NCBI GenBank assembly: GCA_005888865.1
Contig: VBCL01000119.1
Location: 1-46,099, forward strand
Length of the DNA stretch: 46,099 nt
Origin: Betaproteobacteria bacterium
GTDB taxonomy: Bacteria; Pseudomonadota; Gammaproteobacteria; Burkholderiales; Casimicrobiaceae
Direction of reading: 5' to 3'
Part shown: in pieces, positions 1 to 7,568 of the stretch
Position numbering within the stretch: position 1 is the first letter of the stretch
How the letters are laid out: each line of letters starts with the position of its first letter
The notes under the pieces: model-generated
Seen by the model: only the letters and a program-made list of their open reading frames with translations
Told to the model about the DNA's origin: nothing
The model's database searches: none
Made by a program: the position numbers and the translations under genes

Positions 1-605
1 GCGCCCGGCAACACGATGCCGATCAATCCCTTGGTCAAGGTGGCGAGCGCGAGCGCTGCCCACGCCATCCACATCCAACCGCGTCGCTCGCGCGCGGTCC
101 CGGCATGCTGCGCGAGGAGAAGGCCGCCCAATCCCGCGGTCATCCAGAGGGTGAGTCCCGTGTCGAGGGTCAGGATATGCGCGTTGAGCACCGGCCAGAC
201 ACAGCCTCCCAGCACCGCCGCGCTGTAGAGGCCCAGCGTGGATCCGCCGAGGCGATAACCCACATACCCGATGAACAGCACGTTCAGGAATCCGGCCAGC
301 GCGGGCCACAGTCGTGCGCTCCAGTGATGCACGCCGAAGGCTTCGTACGCCGCGGCGGTGATCCAGTACTGGAGGGCCGGCTTTTCGAAATACTTGATGC
401 CGTTGAGCCGCGGCGTGAGCCAATCGCCGGTGACGGTCATCTCGCGGGGAATCTCGGCGTAGCGTCCTTCGTCGGGGTGCACCAGCCGGCGGTAGTCGAG
501 ATTCGAGAACCAGATCAGTGTGAACACCAGGAGCAGCGCGAATGCGCCGCGCCGGGTGAGCGGCGAGGCCGACGAGCCGGAAGCAGGCGCAGGGGACGAG
601 GACAT
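1..605 (-). CDS. ArnT/PMT_2-type membrane glycosyltransferase (GT39/GT83-like), N-terminal part; the gene runs off the left edge of the window
   Basis: Minus-strand ATG at 605-603. My translation is MSSSPAPASGSSASPLTRRGAFALLLVFTLIWFSNLDYRRLVHPDEGRYAEIPREMTVTGDWLTPRLNGIKYFEKPALQYWITAAAYEAFG... The HPDEGRYAEIxREM box followed by hydrophobic segments is the typical N-terminus of this family. It is absent from the ORF track because no stop lies inside the window. Confidence 0.75.
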   Translation of the reverse strand, partial: MSSSPAPASGSSASPLTRRGAFALLLVFTLIWFSNLDYRRLVHPDEGRYAEIPREMTVTGDWLTPRLNGIKYFEKPALQYWITAAAYEAFGVHHWSARLWPALAGFLNVLFIGYVGYRLGGSTLGLYSAAVLGGCVWPVLNAHILTLDTGLTLWMTAGLGGLLLAQHAGTARERRGWMWMAWAALALATLTKGLIGIVLPG

Positions 606-697
606 CGGGAAGGCCGCGATTCTACCGCGTTCGCCGCCTTGGCCTGCATGCTAAGCTCCCGCGCAACCCAGCGCATCGTTCTCCGGATTCGTTCTGT

Positions 698-1216
698 ATG
701 CCCGAGCTACCGTCCATCCGCATCGTCGCGGCCGTCGAGGCGGATCTTCCCCGCGTTGCGGAGCTCGCCGGTGTGATCTGGCGCAAGCACTATCCGGGCA
801 TCATCACGCCGGAACAGATCGAGTACATGCTGGACCTCGGGTATTCACTCGAAGCGTTGCGGCGCTTCATCACGGAAGAGGGCGCCGGGCTCGATCTCGC
901 GTATGTCGCGAACCGGCTCGCGGGCTTTGCGGCGTACTATCGCACCGACCACCGCGACGAGCTCAAGCTCGACAAGCTCTACGTTCATCAGGACTATCAC
1001 GGCCGGGGCGTTGGCAGAAGGCTGATTGCCCACGTCGAGGCGGCGGCAGCGGCCCAGGGACGGCCAACGCTGATTCTCAACGTCAACAAGCACAATGCAC
1101 AAGCGATCCGCGCCTATGAGAGGAACGGATTCGCCGTTCGCGAGTCGGTGGTCGTCGACATCGGCCGCGGATTCGTGATGGACGACTATGTTATGGCGAA
1201 GACGCTATCGGGGTGA
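698..1216 (+). CDS. GNAT family N-acetyltransferase
   Basis: 172-aa ORF with an ATG start. It carries the acetyl-CoA binding pattern LYVHQDYHGRGVGRRLI and the ...AIRAYERNGF tail typical of GNAT folds. Confidence 0.85.
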   Translation: MPELPSIRIVAAVEADLPRVAELAGVIWRKHYPGIITPEQIEYMLDLGYSLEALRRFITEEGAGLDLAYVANRLAGFAAYYRTDHRDELKLDKLYVHQDYHGRGVGRRLIAHVEAAAAAQGRPTLILNVNKHNAQAIRAYERNGFAVRESVVVDIGRGFVMDDYVMAKTLSG

Positions 1217-1310
1217 GCGCCTTGCCCGCGGATCATCGATTGGCTACCATCGCTCAAGCTCGCTGAAAACGAGAGCAATCGCTCTGGCGGCTTCTTGTTC
1301 GGGTTCACCG

Positions 1311-2678
1311 ATGGCACTGCCGCTCACACTCTACGACAACTACGCCCGCAGCCTGCGCCGATTCCAGCCGCTCAAGGCCGGCGAGGTTGGACTGTACACG
1401 TGTGGCCCGACGGTCTACGACTATCAGCACATCGGAAACTTTCGAACGTTCCTGTTCGAAGACCTGCTCAAACGCGTTCTGGAGTGGAACGGCTATCGCG
1501 TTCGCCACATCATGAACATCACCGACGTGGGCCATCTCACCTCCGACGCCGACACCGGCGAAGACAAGATGGAGAAGGGCGCGCGGCGTACGGGGAAAAG
1601 CGCATGGGAGATCGCGAAGCTGTACACCGAATCGTTCCTCGAAGACATGCACGCGCTCAGGATCGAGGACCCGACGATCCTGTCGCGGGCGACCGACCAC
1701 ATTCCCGAGCAGATCGCGTTCATCGCCGACATCGAGAAGAATGGCTTCACGTATCGCACGTCGGACGGCATCTACTTCGATACCAGCAAGCAGCCGGATT
1801 ACGGGTATCTCGCGCGTCTCGACAAGGCGGGACTGGAGGCCGGCAGGCGCGTCGACGTCGGGGAAAAGAAGCATGCGACCGACTTTGCCCTCTGGAAATT
1901 TTCGCCACCCGGTGAAAAGCGGCAGATGGAATGGGATAGCCCCTGGGGCGTCGGGTTCCCGGGGTGGCACATCGAGTGCTCGGCGATGGCGCAGAGATAT
2001 CTCGGTGACTACTTCGACATCCACTGCGGCGGCGAGGATCATATCCCCGTCCACCATACCAACGAGATCGCGCAGACCGAGGCGCGCGTGGGGACGCGCC
2101 TTGCCAACTTCTGGATGCACGGCTATTTCCTGCTGCAGAGCGACGCCAAGATGGCGAAGTCCGCCGGCGAGTTCCTGCGCCTGAAGTCCCTGATCGATCG
2201 GGGCTACGATCCGCTCGCGTATCGCTACCTGTGCCTGACCGCGCACTATCGCAGTCAGCTCAATTTCACGTGGGATGCGCTCGACTCGGCGGCGATCGCC
2301 CTCGAGCGCATGCGCAAGGGGTTTTATGCGTTGCCCGGAGGCGGGGCGGGCGATGGGGGCTATCTCGAGCGCTTCACCGGGGAGATCAACGACGACCTCA
2401 ACCTGCCGCGTGCGCTCGCGCTCGCCTGGGAGCTTCTGCGCGGAGACGTTGTGGATCTGCGGGTTGCCAAGACGACCTTGACCGCCTTCGACCGGGTGTT
2501 CGGGCTGGGACTCGCGGAGTGGCAGCCGCGCGAGGAAGCGATCCCCGAAGCCGTCCAGGCGTTGGCCGCAGCGCGCAGTGCGGCTCGAGCGGCCAAGCAG
2601 TGGGCAGAAGCGGATCGGCTGCGTAGCGAGCTCCATGGGGTTGGGAGATGGAAGATCGTTCCGACGGCTACGCGTTGA
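1311..2678 (+). CDS. cysS: Cysteine--tRNA ligase
   Basis: Internal ATG at 1311 (MALPLTLYDNYARSLRRF...) fits family N-termini. Class I signatures HIGN (YDYQHIGNFRTF) and KMSKS-type KMAKSAGEF are present. The 5' extension from 1188 is arginine-rich and rejected. The 3' end looks frameshifted (see findings). Confidence 0.9.
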   Translation: MALPLTLYDNYARSLRRFQPLKAGEVGLYTCGPTVYDYQHIGNFRTFLFEDLLKRVLEWNGYRVRHIMNITDVGHLTSDADTGEDKMEKGARRTGKSAWEIAKLYTESFLEDMHALRIEDPTILSRATDHIPEQIAFIADIEKNGFTYRTSDGIYFDTSKQPDYGYLARLDKAGLEAGRRVDVGEKKHATDFALWKFSPPGEKRQMEWDSPWGVGFPGWHIECSAMAQRYLGDYFDIHCGGEDHIPVHHTNEIAQTEARVGTRLANFWMHGYFLLQSDAKMAKSAGEFLRLKSLIDRGYDPLAYRYLCLTAHYRSQLNFTWDALDSAAIALERMRKGFYALPGGGAGDGGYLERFTGEINDDLNLPRALALAWELLRGDVVDLRVAKTTLTAFDRVFGLGLAEWQPREEAIPEAVQALAAARSAARAAKQWAEADRLRSELHGVGRWKIVPTATR

Positions 2679-3085
2679 AACGTCGAAGCCCCGACTAAGC
2701 ACCGCCCGCGCACTCGCGGACCCTGGTGCCTCCAACGGCGACCCTCTGTACGCTCGCCCATTCCATGGGCGCATGCGATGCATGCTCAAAGGCCGTTTGT
2801 CCCCTGGCCCGATTGTCCCAATAATTCGAGACATCACCACGGTCCGCGCCGGCTGGAAGCGGGGATAGGAAGATGCGAGTCTGGAATGTATCCGTGGATG
2901 CGTCCCAAGGCCCGCGGGCGGGGTGGCGGGCTTCCGCTTCGTCGCTTCAGGCGATCGGTTCGGACCCGGATTCGCGCGCTTCGTCGCCTGCGTCTTGAGG
3001 ACAAAGGCCGCGCCCACTAAGGTCCGCATCGAATAGCGGACGAGAAACCGAACAAACCAAACGCCGGGATGCTTCCGGCAAACGA

Positions 3086-3379
3086 ATGGAGAAGATCATG
3101 CAACGTAGCGAAGCAGCAAAGTGGTTCTGGCCGTTTGTCCTCGTCGCCGCGCTCGCCGCTGCAATCGTCATCGCGTTTTCGCCGTTCGCTCAGCTGAAAG
3201 CGCCACTGGCCGAACCGGATTTCCGGATGCTCGTCACGGTCACCGCGAAGCAGCCCGACATCGAAGGGCGCACTCAGGTGTCCATCGAGCCGTCGCACAT
3301 CGATGTCGTCGCCCGCCGGTCGCCATCGATCGTCGACCGGCTCGTCGGGTTGCTGCCGCAGCGTAAGCAATCGAGCTGA
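3086..3379 (+). CDS. Small hypothetical membrane protein (one predicted TM helix)
   Basis: 97-aa ORF with ATGs at 3086 and 3098. It has a hydrophobic stretch WFWPFVLVAALAAAIVIAF and mostly G/C third codon positions. It converges on the anti-sigma gene with a 5-bp gap. I recognise no family. Confidence 0.45.
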   Translation: MEKIMQRSEAAKWFWPFVLVAALAAAIVIAFSPFAQLKAPLAEPDFRMLVTVTAKQPDIEGRTQVSIEPSHIDVVARRSPSIVDRLVGLLPQRKQSS

Positions 3380-3384
3380 GGTTG

Positions 3385-4080
3385 CTAATACATGCGCTGC
3401 ACCGGACCGCTGTAGAGCACGGGTCCGGTCGGCAACCCGGTGGGCGATCCCCCTCTGGGCTCGAGGCTGACTGCCAGCGCGGGGATGTTGCGAAGCGCCT
3501 GGTCTGCAGGTCCTGACAGTGCAACGCGAACCACGCCCGTGGCGCTGATGAGACCGAGCGAACGCGGACTGGCTCCGTCGGGCAGCATCCACAGCTCCAG
3601 GGCGCGATCGGCTGCGACGTCCACCCGCGCGACCGGTTTCACGCTCAAATAGCGGCCAAGCCTGTCGGCAGAGGCCACCAGCGCCGGCCTGGCGTCGGTT
3701 CCCGCGAGCACCACAACCAGGGCGCCTTCGGGCACTTCGGGCGCAGGTCTCAGGAGGACTGTCGCCAGTGCAACCACGGTCGCCAGCGAGGCGAACGCGA
3801 GCGCGCGCCACAGGCCCAGGCTCGACCAGATCGAGGCTCGCGCGACGGGTGCCTTCCCGGTGCGCGCCAGAATCGCTGCCCAGACCCGGGTCGGCGGCGC
3901 GACGGGGGGCAGCTCCTCCGCAAGCGGCAACAGCCGCTCCTCCCAGTTGCGGACCGCTTCGCCGAGCGTCCAGTCGGCGCGCGCAAGGCGCTCGAAGCGT
4001 TCCCGCGCACGGCCACGCAGCGTGCCGAGGACGTACTCGCCAGCGAGCGCCTCGGCGCGCTCAGGATTGCGCACGTTCAT
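3385..4080 (-). CDS. Anti-sigma factor, RskA-like (anti-sigma-K family)
   Basis: Start MNVRNPERAEALAGEYVLGTL... at 4080 overlaps the sigma-factor stop in an ATGA arrangement. It has a central TM segment and a C-terminal ...ALELWMLPDGASPRSLGLI... pattern typical of the RskA extracytoplasmic domain. The longer ORF reaching 4257 overlaps the sigma gene and is rejected. Confidence 0.75.
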   Translation of the reverse strand: MNVRNPERAEALAGEYVLGTLRGRARERFERLARADWTLGEAVRNWEERLLPLAEELPPVAPPTRVWAAILARTGKAPVARASIWSSLGLWRALAFASLATVVALATVLLRPAPEVPEGALVVVLAGTDARPALVASADRLGRYLSVKPVARVDVAADRALELWMLPDGASPRSLGLISATGVVRVALSGPADQALRNIPALAVSLEPRGGSPTGLPTGPVLYSGPVQRMY

Positions 4081-4667
4081 CGCGTGACCCCCGCGCCATC
4101 GAGACAGGCGCGCAAGCGCTCGAGCCCGCGTCGGATCCATGATTTGACCGTGCCGAGCGGTTCGCGCAGATGGTGTGCCAGCTCGGAGTGCGACAAGCCC
4201 TGGAAGAAGGCCAGCGCGATCGCCTGCTTCTGCCCCTGCTCGAGCGCTTCGACGCACGCCCCCACCGCGCGCGCGTCTGCGCCGGACAGCAGCATCTCCA
4301 GCGGAGTCGGATCCTCGGCCGCGATCGCCAGACCTTCGTCCTCATCGTCCATGGTGACCGTTTGGACCTCGCGCCGACGCAATTGATCCAGACAGCGGTT
4401 GCGGACGACGCTGGTGAGCCATGTCAGCGGCTGACTTTTTGCGGCGACGTACGAGCCCGCGTGGTGCCAGATATTGACGAAGCTTTCCTGCAGGACCTCC
4501 TCGGCCGCGCCGGTATCTCGCAATATACGAAGCGCGACCGCGTACAGATGCGCGGACGTCGTCCGATAGAGCTCGGCGAAGGCTCGCTGGTCCGCAAGCG
4601 CGGTGCGCGCCAGAAGGTCCGTGAGCCGCGCGTTGCGCTCGAGTTGCTTGGTCGGATCCAGCGCCAT
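4077..4667 (-). CDS. ECF-type RNA polymerase sigma-70 family factor
   Basis: 196 aa with an ATG start. It has a region-2-like segment (EEVLQESFVNIWHHAGSY) and a region-4 HTH (QKQAIALAFFQGLSHSELAHHLREPLGTVKSWIRRGL). Confidence 0.9.
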   Translation of the reverse strand: MALDPTKQLERNARLTDLLARTALADQRAFAELYRTTSAHLYAVALRILRDTGAAEEVLQESFVNIWHHAGSYVAAKSQPLTWLTSVVRNRCLDQLRRREVQTVTMDDEDEGLAIAAEDPTPLEMLLSGADARAVGACVEALEQGQKQAIALAFFQGLSHSELAHHLREPLGTVKSWIRRGLERLRACLDGAGVTR

Positions 4668-4676
4668 CGTGGGCCG

Positions 4677-5234
4677 CTAGGCGCCGCGCTTTCGATCGTT
4701 CCGCCACAGAACGTCGGCCCGCCCGGCGTCGCGGTTGAGCACGCGAGCCAGCACGAACAACAGGTCGGAAAGGCGGTTCACATACTTGCGTACGGGTTCA
4801 CTGACCGTTTCGGATGCACCCAGGTGCACGAGCGCGCGCTCGGCGCGCCGGCAAATCGTGCGCGCGACGTGCGCGAGGCCGGCCGCCCGCGTCCCGCCCG
4901 GCAGGATGAACTCCTTGAGCGGAGCCAGGTCGGCGTTGAATTGACCGATCGCTTCTTCCAGGCGCAGGACCTGTACTTCGCGCACCGCGTTGTAGCCGGG
5001 GATCGAAAGCTCTCCGCCGAGATCGAACAGATCGTGTTGCACCTCGGTGAGGTAGTCCGCCACGGCGCGCGGGAGGGGCTCGGCGAGCAGCACACCCAAC
5101 GTCGAGTTGAGCTCGTCGACCGCACCAATGGCCTCGATGCGCGCGGAATCCTTGGCGACCCGCGTGCCGTCGCCAAGCCCGGTTATTCCGGCATCTCCGG
5201 TGCGGGTGACAATCTTCGACAGCCGATGGCCCAT
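4677..5234 (-). CDS. PduO-type ATP:cob(I)alamin adenosyltransferase
   Basis: 185 aa. The N-terminus KIVTRTGDAGITGLGDG and ...IGAVDELNS... are characteristic of the PduO/MMAB family. Its stop lies 9 bp upstream of the sigma gene start. Confidence 0.85.
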   Translation of the reverse strand: MGHRLSKIVTRTGDAGITGLGDGTRVAKDSARIEAIGAVDELNSTLGVLLAEPLPRAVADYLTEVQHDLFDLGGELSIPGYNAVREVQVLRLEEAIGQFNADLAPLKEFILPGGTRAAGLAHVARTICRRAERALVHLGASETVSEPVRKYVNRLSDLLFVLARVLNRDAGRADVLWRNDRKRGA

Positions 5235-5395
5235 GGTGTGTGACCTGCGTCGGGTGATGGTCCCGGGCGCGGAGGGTTCAGCATAGAGAATTCACGCATG
5301 CGCGGCAAGTTGCGCCATCGCGTCGCACGATTGTCTTTTCGGACGGATTGGTTACCATGACAGCCCGCCGGCGTCACCGGCATGCGAGCCGCGCC

Positions 5396-7030
5396 ATGAC
5401 CAGCGCCTACGAGATCGATCTCGATCGAAACCAAGCCAACTACGCGCCGCTCACGCCGGTGTCGTTCATCGCACGCGCCGCCTTCGTCTACCCGAATCAT
5501 CCGGCGGTGATCCATGGCGCGCGCCGTTATACCTGGGCCGAAACATATACGCGCGCCCGACGGCTCGCTTCAGCGCTCCGGCACGCGGGGATCGGCAATG
5601 GCGATACGGTGGCTGTGATGGCCGCGAACACGCCCGAGATGGTCGAAGCGCATTTCGGCGTCCCGATGTCCGGCGGCGTGCTCAACACGCTCAACACACG
5701 GCTCGACGCCGAGGCGATCGCATTCATGCTGCAGCATGGCGAGGCGAAAGCCCTCATCACCGACACCGAATTCGCGCCAACGATAAAGGCGGCGCTTCGG
5801 GGGCTCGCGCACAAGATCACGGTCATCGACATCGTCGATGCCCTGGGCCCGGGCGGCGAGCGGCTGGGCGAGAGCGACTACGAGGAGTTCATCGCGAAAG
5901 GCGACCCAGGATTCGAATGGAAGCATCCTGCCGACGAGTGGAACGCGATCTCGCTCAACTACACGTCGGGCACCACCGGCAATCCGAAGGGTGTGGTCTA
6001 TCACCATCGCGGCGCCTATCTCAACGCGCTGTCGAACATCATCGACTGGGGCATGCCGCGCCACGCCGTGTACTTGTGGACGCTGCCGATGTTCCACTGC
6101 AACGGATGGTGCTTTCCGTGGACGATGGCGGCGAATGTCGGCACCAACGTCTGCCTGCGCCGCGTCGAGGCGAAGGTGGTCCTCGACGCTATCCGCGAGC
6201 ACAAGGTGACACACTACTGCGGCGCCCCGATCGTGCACGCCATGCTCATCAACGCGGCGGATGAGTGGAAGCAAGGGATTGGGCACAAGGTGAGCTGCCT
6301 CGTCGCCGCCGCCGCGCCTCCGGCGTCGGTGATCGAAGGCATGCAGCGCATGGGCTTCGACATTACCCACGTCTATGGACTGACCGAGACCTACGGCCCG
6401 GCGGCGGTATGCGCCAAGCACGGCGAATGGGACGCACTCGACATCGGCGCGCGCACCGAACGCAACGGCAGGCAGGGCGTGCGCTACACCTGCGAGGAGG
6501 GGATGACCGTGATGGACTCCGAGACGATGAAGGAAGTCCCCTGGAACGGCGAGACGATGGGCGAAATCATGTTTCGCGGCAACATCACGATGAAGGGTTA
6601 TCTCAAGAATCCGAAAGCGACCGCCGAGGCATTCGCCGGCGGTTGGTTCCATTCGGGCGACCTCGCGGTGATGCAGCCCGACGGCTACGTCAAGATCAAG
6701 GACCGCTCCAAGGACGTGATCATCTCGGGTGGCGAGAACATAAGCTCGCTCGAAGTCGAGGACGCGCTTTACCGCCACCCGGCGGTGCTGGCCGCGGCGG
6801 TCGTCGCGCAACCGGATCCCAAGTGGGGCGAGACGCCGTGCGCGTTCGTCGAGGTGAAGCCGGATGCAACGGTGACGGAAAACGAGTTGATCGAGCACTG
6901 CCGGGCGCACCTCGCGCGCTTCAAGGCGCCGAAGAAAGTCATCTTCGGCGAGCTGCCGAAAACCTCGACCGGAAAGATCCAGAAATTCGTGCTGCGCGAG
7001 CGCGCGAAATCGACGGCCGCGATCGAGTAA
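5396..7030 (+). CDS. AMP-dependent acyl-CoA synthetase/ligase (medium-chain type)
   Basis: AMP-binding motif LNYTSGTTGNPKGVVYHHRG, GYGLTE-like VYGLTETYG, and C-terminal ...KTSTGKIQKF. I prefer the start at the internal ATG 5396 (MTSAYEIDL...) over 5348. Confidence 0.9.
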   Translation: MTSAYEIDLDRNQANYAPLTPVSFIARAAFVYPNHPAVIHGARRYTWAETYTRARRLASALRHAGIGNGDTVAVMAANTPEMVEAHFGVPMSGGVLNTLNTRLDAEAIAFMLQHGEAKALITDTEFAPTIKAALRGLAHKITVIDIVDALGPGGERLGESDYEEFIAKGDPGFEWKHPADEWNAISLNYTSGTTGNPKGVVYHHRGAYLNALSNIIDWGMPRHAVYLWTLPMFHCNGWCFPWTMAANVGTNVCLRRVEAKVVLDAIREHKVTHYCGAPIVHAMLINAADEWKQGIGHKVSCLVAAAAPPASVIEGMQRMGFDITHVYGLTETYGPAAVCAKHGEWDALDIGARTERNGRQGVRYTCEEGMTVMDSETMKEVPWNGETMGEIMFRGNITMKGYLKNPKATAEAFAGGWFHSGDLAVMQPDGYVKIKDRSKDVIISGGENISSLEVEDALYRHPAVLAAAVVAQPDPKWGETPCAFVEVKPDATVTENELIEHCRAHLARFKAPKKVIFGELPKTSTGKIQKFVLRERAKSTAAIE

Positions 7031-7034
7031 TGGC

Positions 7035-7205
7035 GGGGTTCGCCGCGGCGACTTCGACGCTGTGGCGCAAGCGCGTCGTCGAGTGGGTCCCGGGGTTCGC
7101 CGCGGCGACTTCGGCGCTAGGGCGCAAACGCGTCGTCGAGTGGGTCCAGGGGTTCGCCGCGGCGGCTTCGGCGCTGGGGCGCAAACGCGTCGTCGAGTGG
7201 GTCCC
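7035..7205. repeat. Three head-to-tail 57-bp tandem repeat units (plus a truncated fourth up to about 7222)
   Basis: Units at 7035-7091, 7092-7148 and 7149-7205 differ at only a few positions. Consensus: GGGGTTCGCCGCGGCGACTTCGGCGCTGGGGCGCAAACGCGTCGTCGAGTGGGTCCC. Confidence 0.9.
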
Positions 7206-7213
7206 GGCTCGCG

Positions 7214-7240
7214 GCGGCGACTCAACCCACGAGTCGCCGC
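7214..7240. repeat. Perfect hairpin (10-bp stem, 7-nt loop AACCCAC)
   Basis: GCGGCGACTC-AACCCAC-GAGTCGCCGC, read directly from the sequence. Confidence 0.8.
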
Positions 7241-7384
7241 GCACGAGCCACCCACTTACGACGACTGCGCCCCCCTGATGCGCCCTTCGTCACCGCGGCC
7301 CACCACGCGGCGTCATGCGATGCAGTCGCGAATGTCCGGCGAAGCGCCCGTGAGCCGCGCGGACCGTCACGGGTGGCGCGGCGA

Positions 7385-7405
7385 GGGAGTCGTGGGTTGA
7401 CTCCC
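7385..7405. repeat. Perfect hairpin (7-bp stem, 7-nt loop GTGGGTT), an inverted partner of the 7214-7240 hairpin
   Basis: GGGAGTC-GTGGGTT-GACTCCC. The loop is the exact reverse complement of AACCCAC. Confidence 0.8.
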
Positions 7406-7470
7406 GAAGCCGCGCCGGGACCCGTAGGTGCGCGGGTTGCGGCGTTCGGGCGCGCAGCGGGCATTCGCCG

Positions 7471-7512
7471 CTGCCTAGCTACGACGTGCTTGCGCCCCAG
7501 CGCCGCAGTCAC
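7471..7512. repeat. Inverted (reverse-orientation) copy of the 57-bp unit
   Basis: ACGACGTGCTTGCGCCCCAGCGCCGCAGTCACCGCGGC aligns by eye at about 85% to the reverse complement of the unit (ACGACGCGTTTGCGCCCCAGCGCCGAAGTCGCCGCGGC). Confidence 0.65.
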
Positions 7513-7568
7513 CGCGGCTCGGCACGCTCCTGCTCGACCCCTGGACTGGGCATCACACTGCGGAGGCG

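Noticed and set aside
1305-3029. Very long ORFs rich in Arg/Ala/Gly/Pro that run antisense or out of frame to recognisable genes. Examples: 1305..3029 (-), 5570..7255 (-), 7222..8565 (-), 9392..10432 (-), 19297..20697 (-), 30625..31875 (+), 33538..35391 (+), 43127..45472 (+), 44155..45360 (-).
   Set aside because: These are typical shadow ORFs of high-GC DNA: low-complexity RxxR composition, no family motifs, and the opposite or alternate frame carries a clearly recognisable protein.
2679-3085. The 407-bp gap after cysS, with nested hairpins (GCACC..CCGCG-CACT-CGCGG..GGTGC at about 2699-2729), a GCATGC-GAT-GCATGC motif and a lower-GC patch. I considered an sRNA, tRNA or small gene.
   Set aside because: There is no tRNA-like T-arm (GGTTCGAATCC-type) sequence and no ORF with convincing codon bias. 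The hairpin lacks a U-tract. I cannot support any specific call without covariance-model or expression data.
5235-5395. I looked for a cobalamin riboswitch upstream of the PduO-type adenosyltransferase.
   Set aside because: No B12-box (GCCACTG-like core) or conserved riboswitch helices are visible on the relevant strand.
7030-7278. An 82-aa ORF made of three 19-aa repeats (GFAAATSALGRKRVVEWVP) starting at a TAATG overlap with the acyl-CoA synthetase stop.
   Set aside because: I did not call it as a CDS. The same DNA unit occurs in reverse orientation downstream, and related motifs occur in other non-coding spacers, so a REP-like DNA/RNA element is the simpler explanation. It is kept as an open question in the findings because its third-position GC is high.
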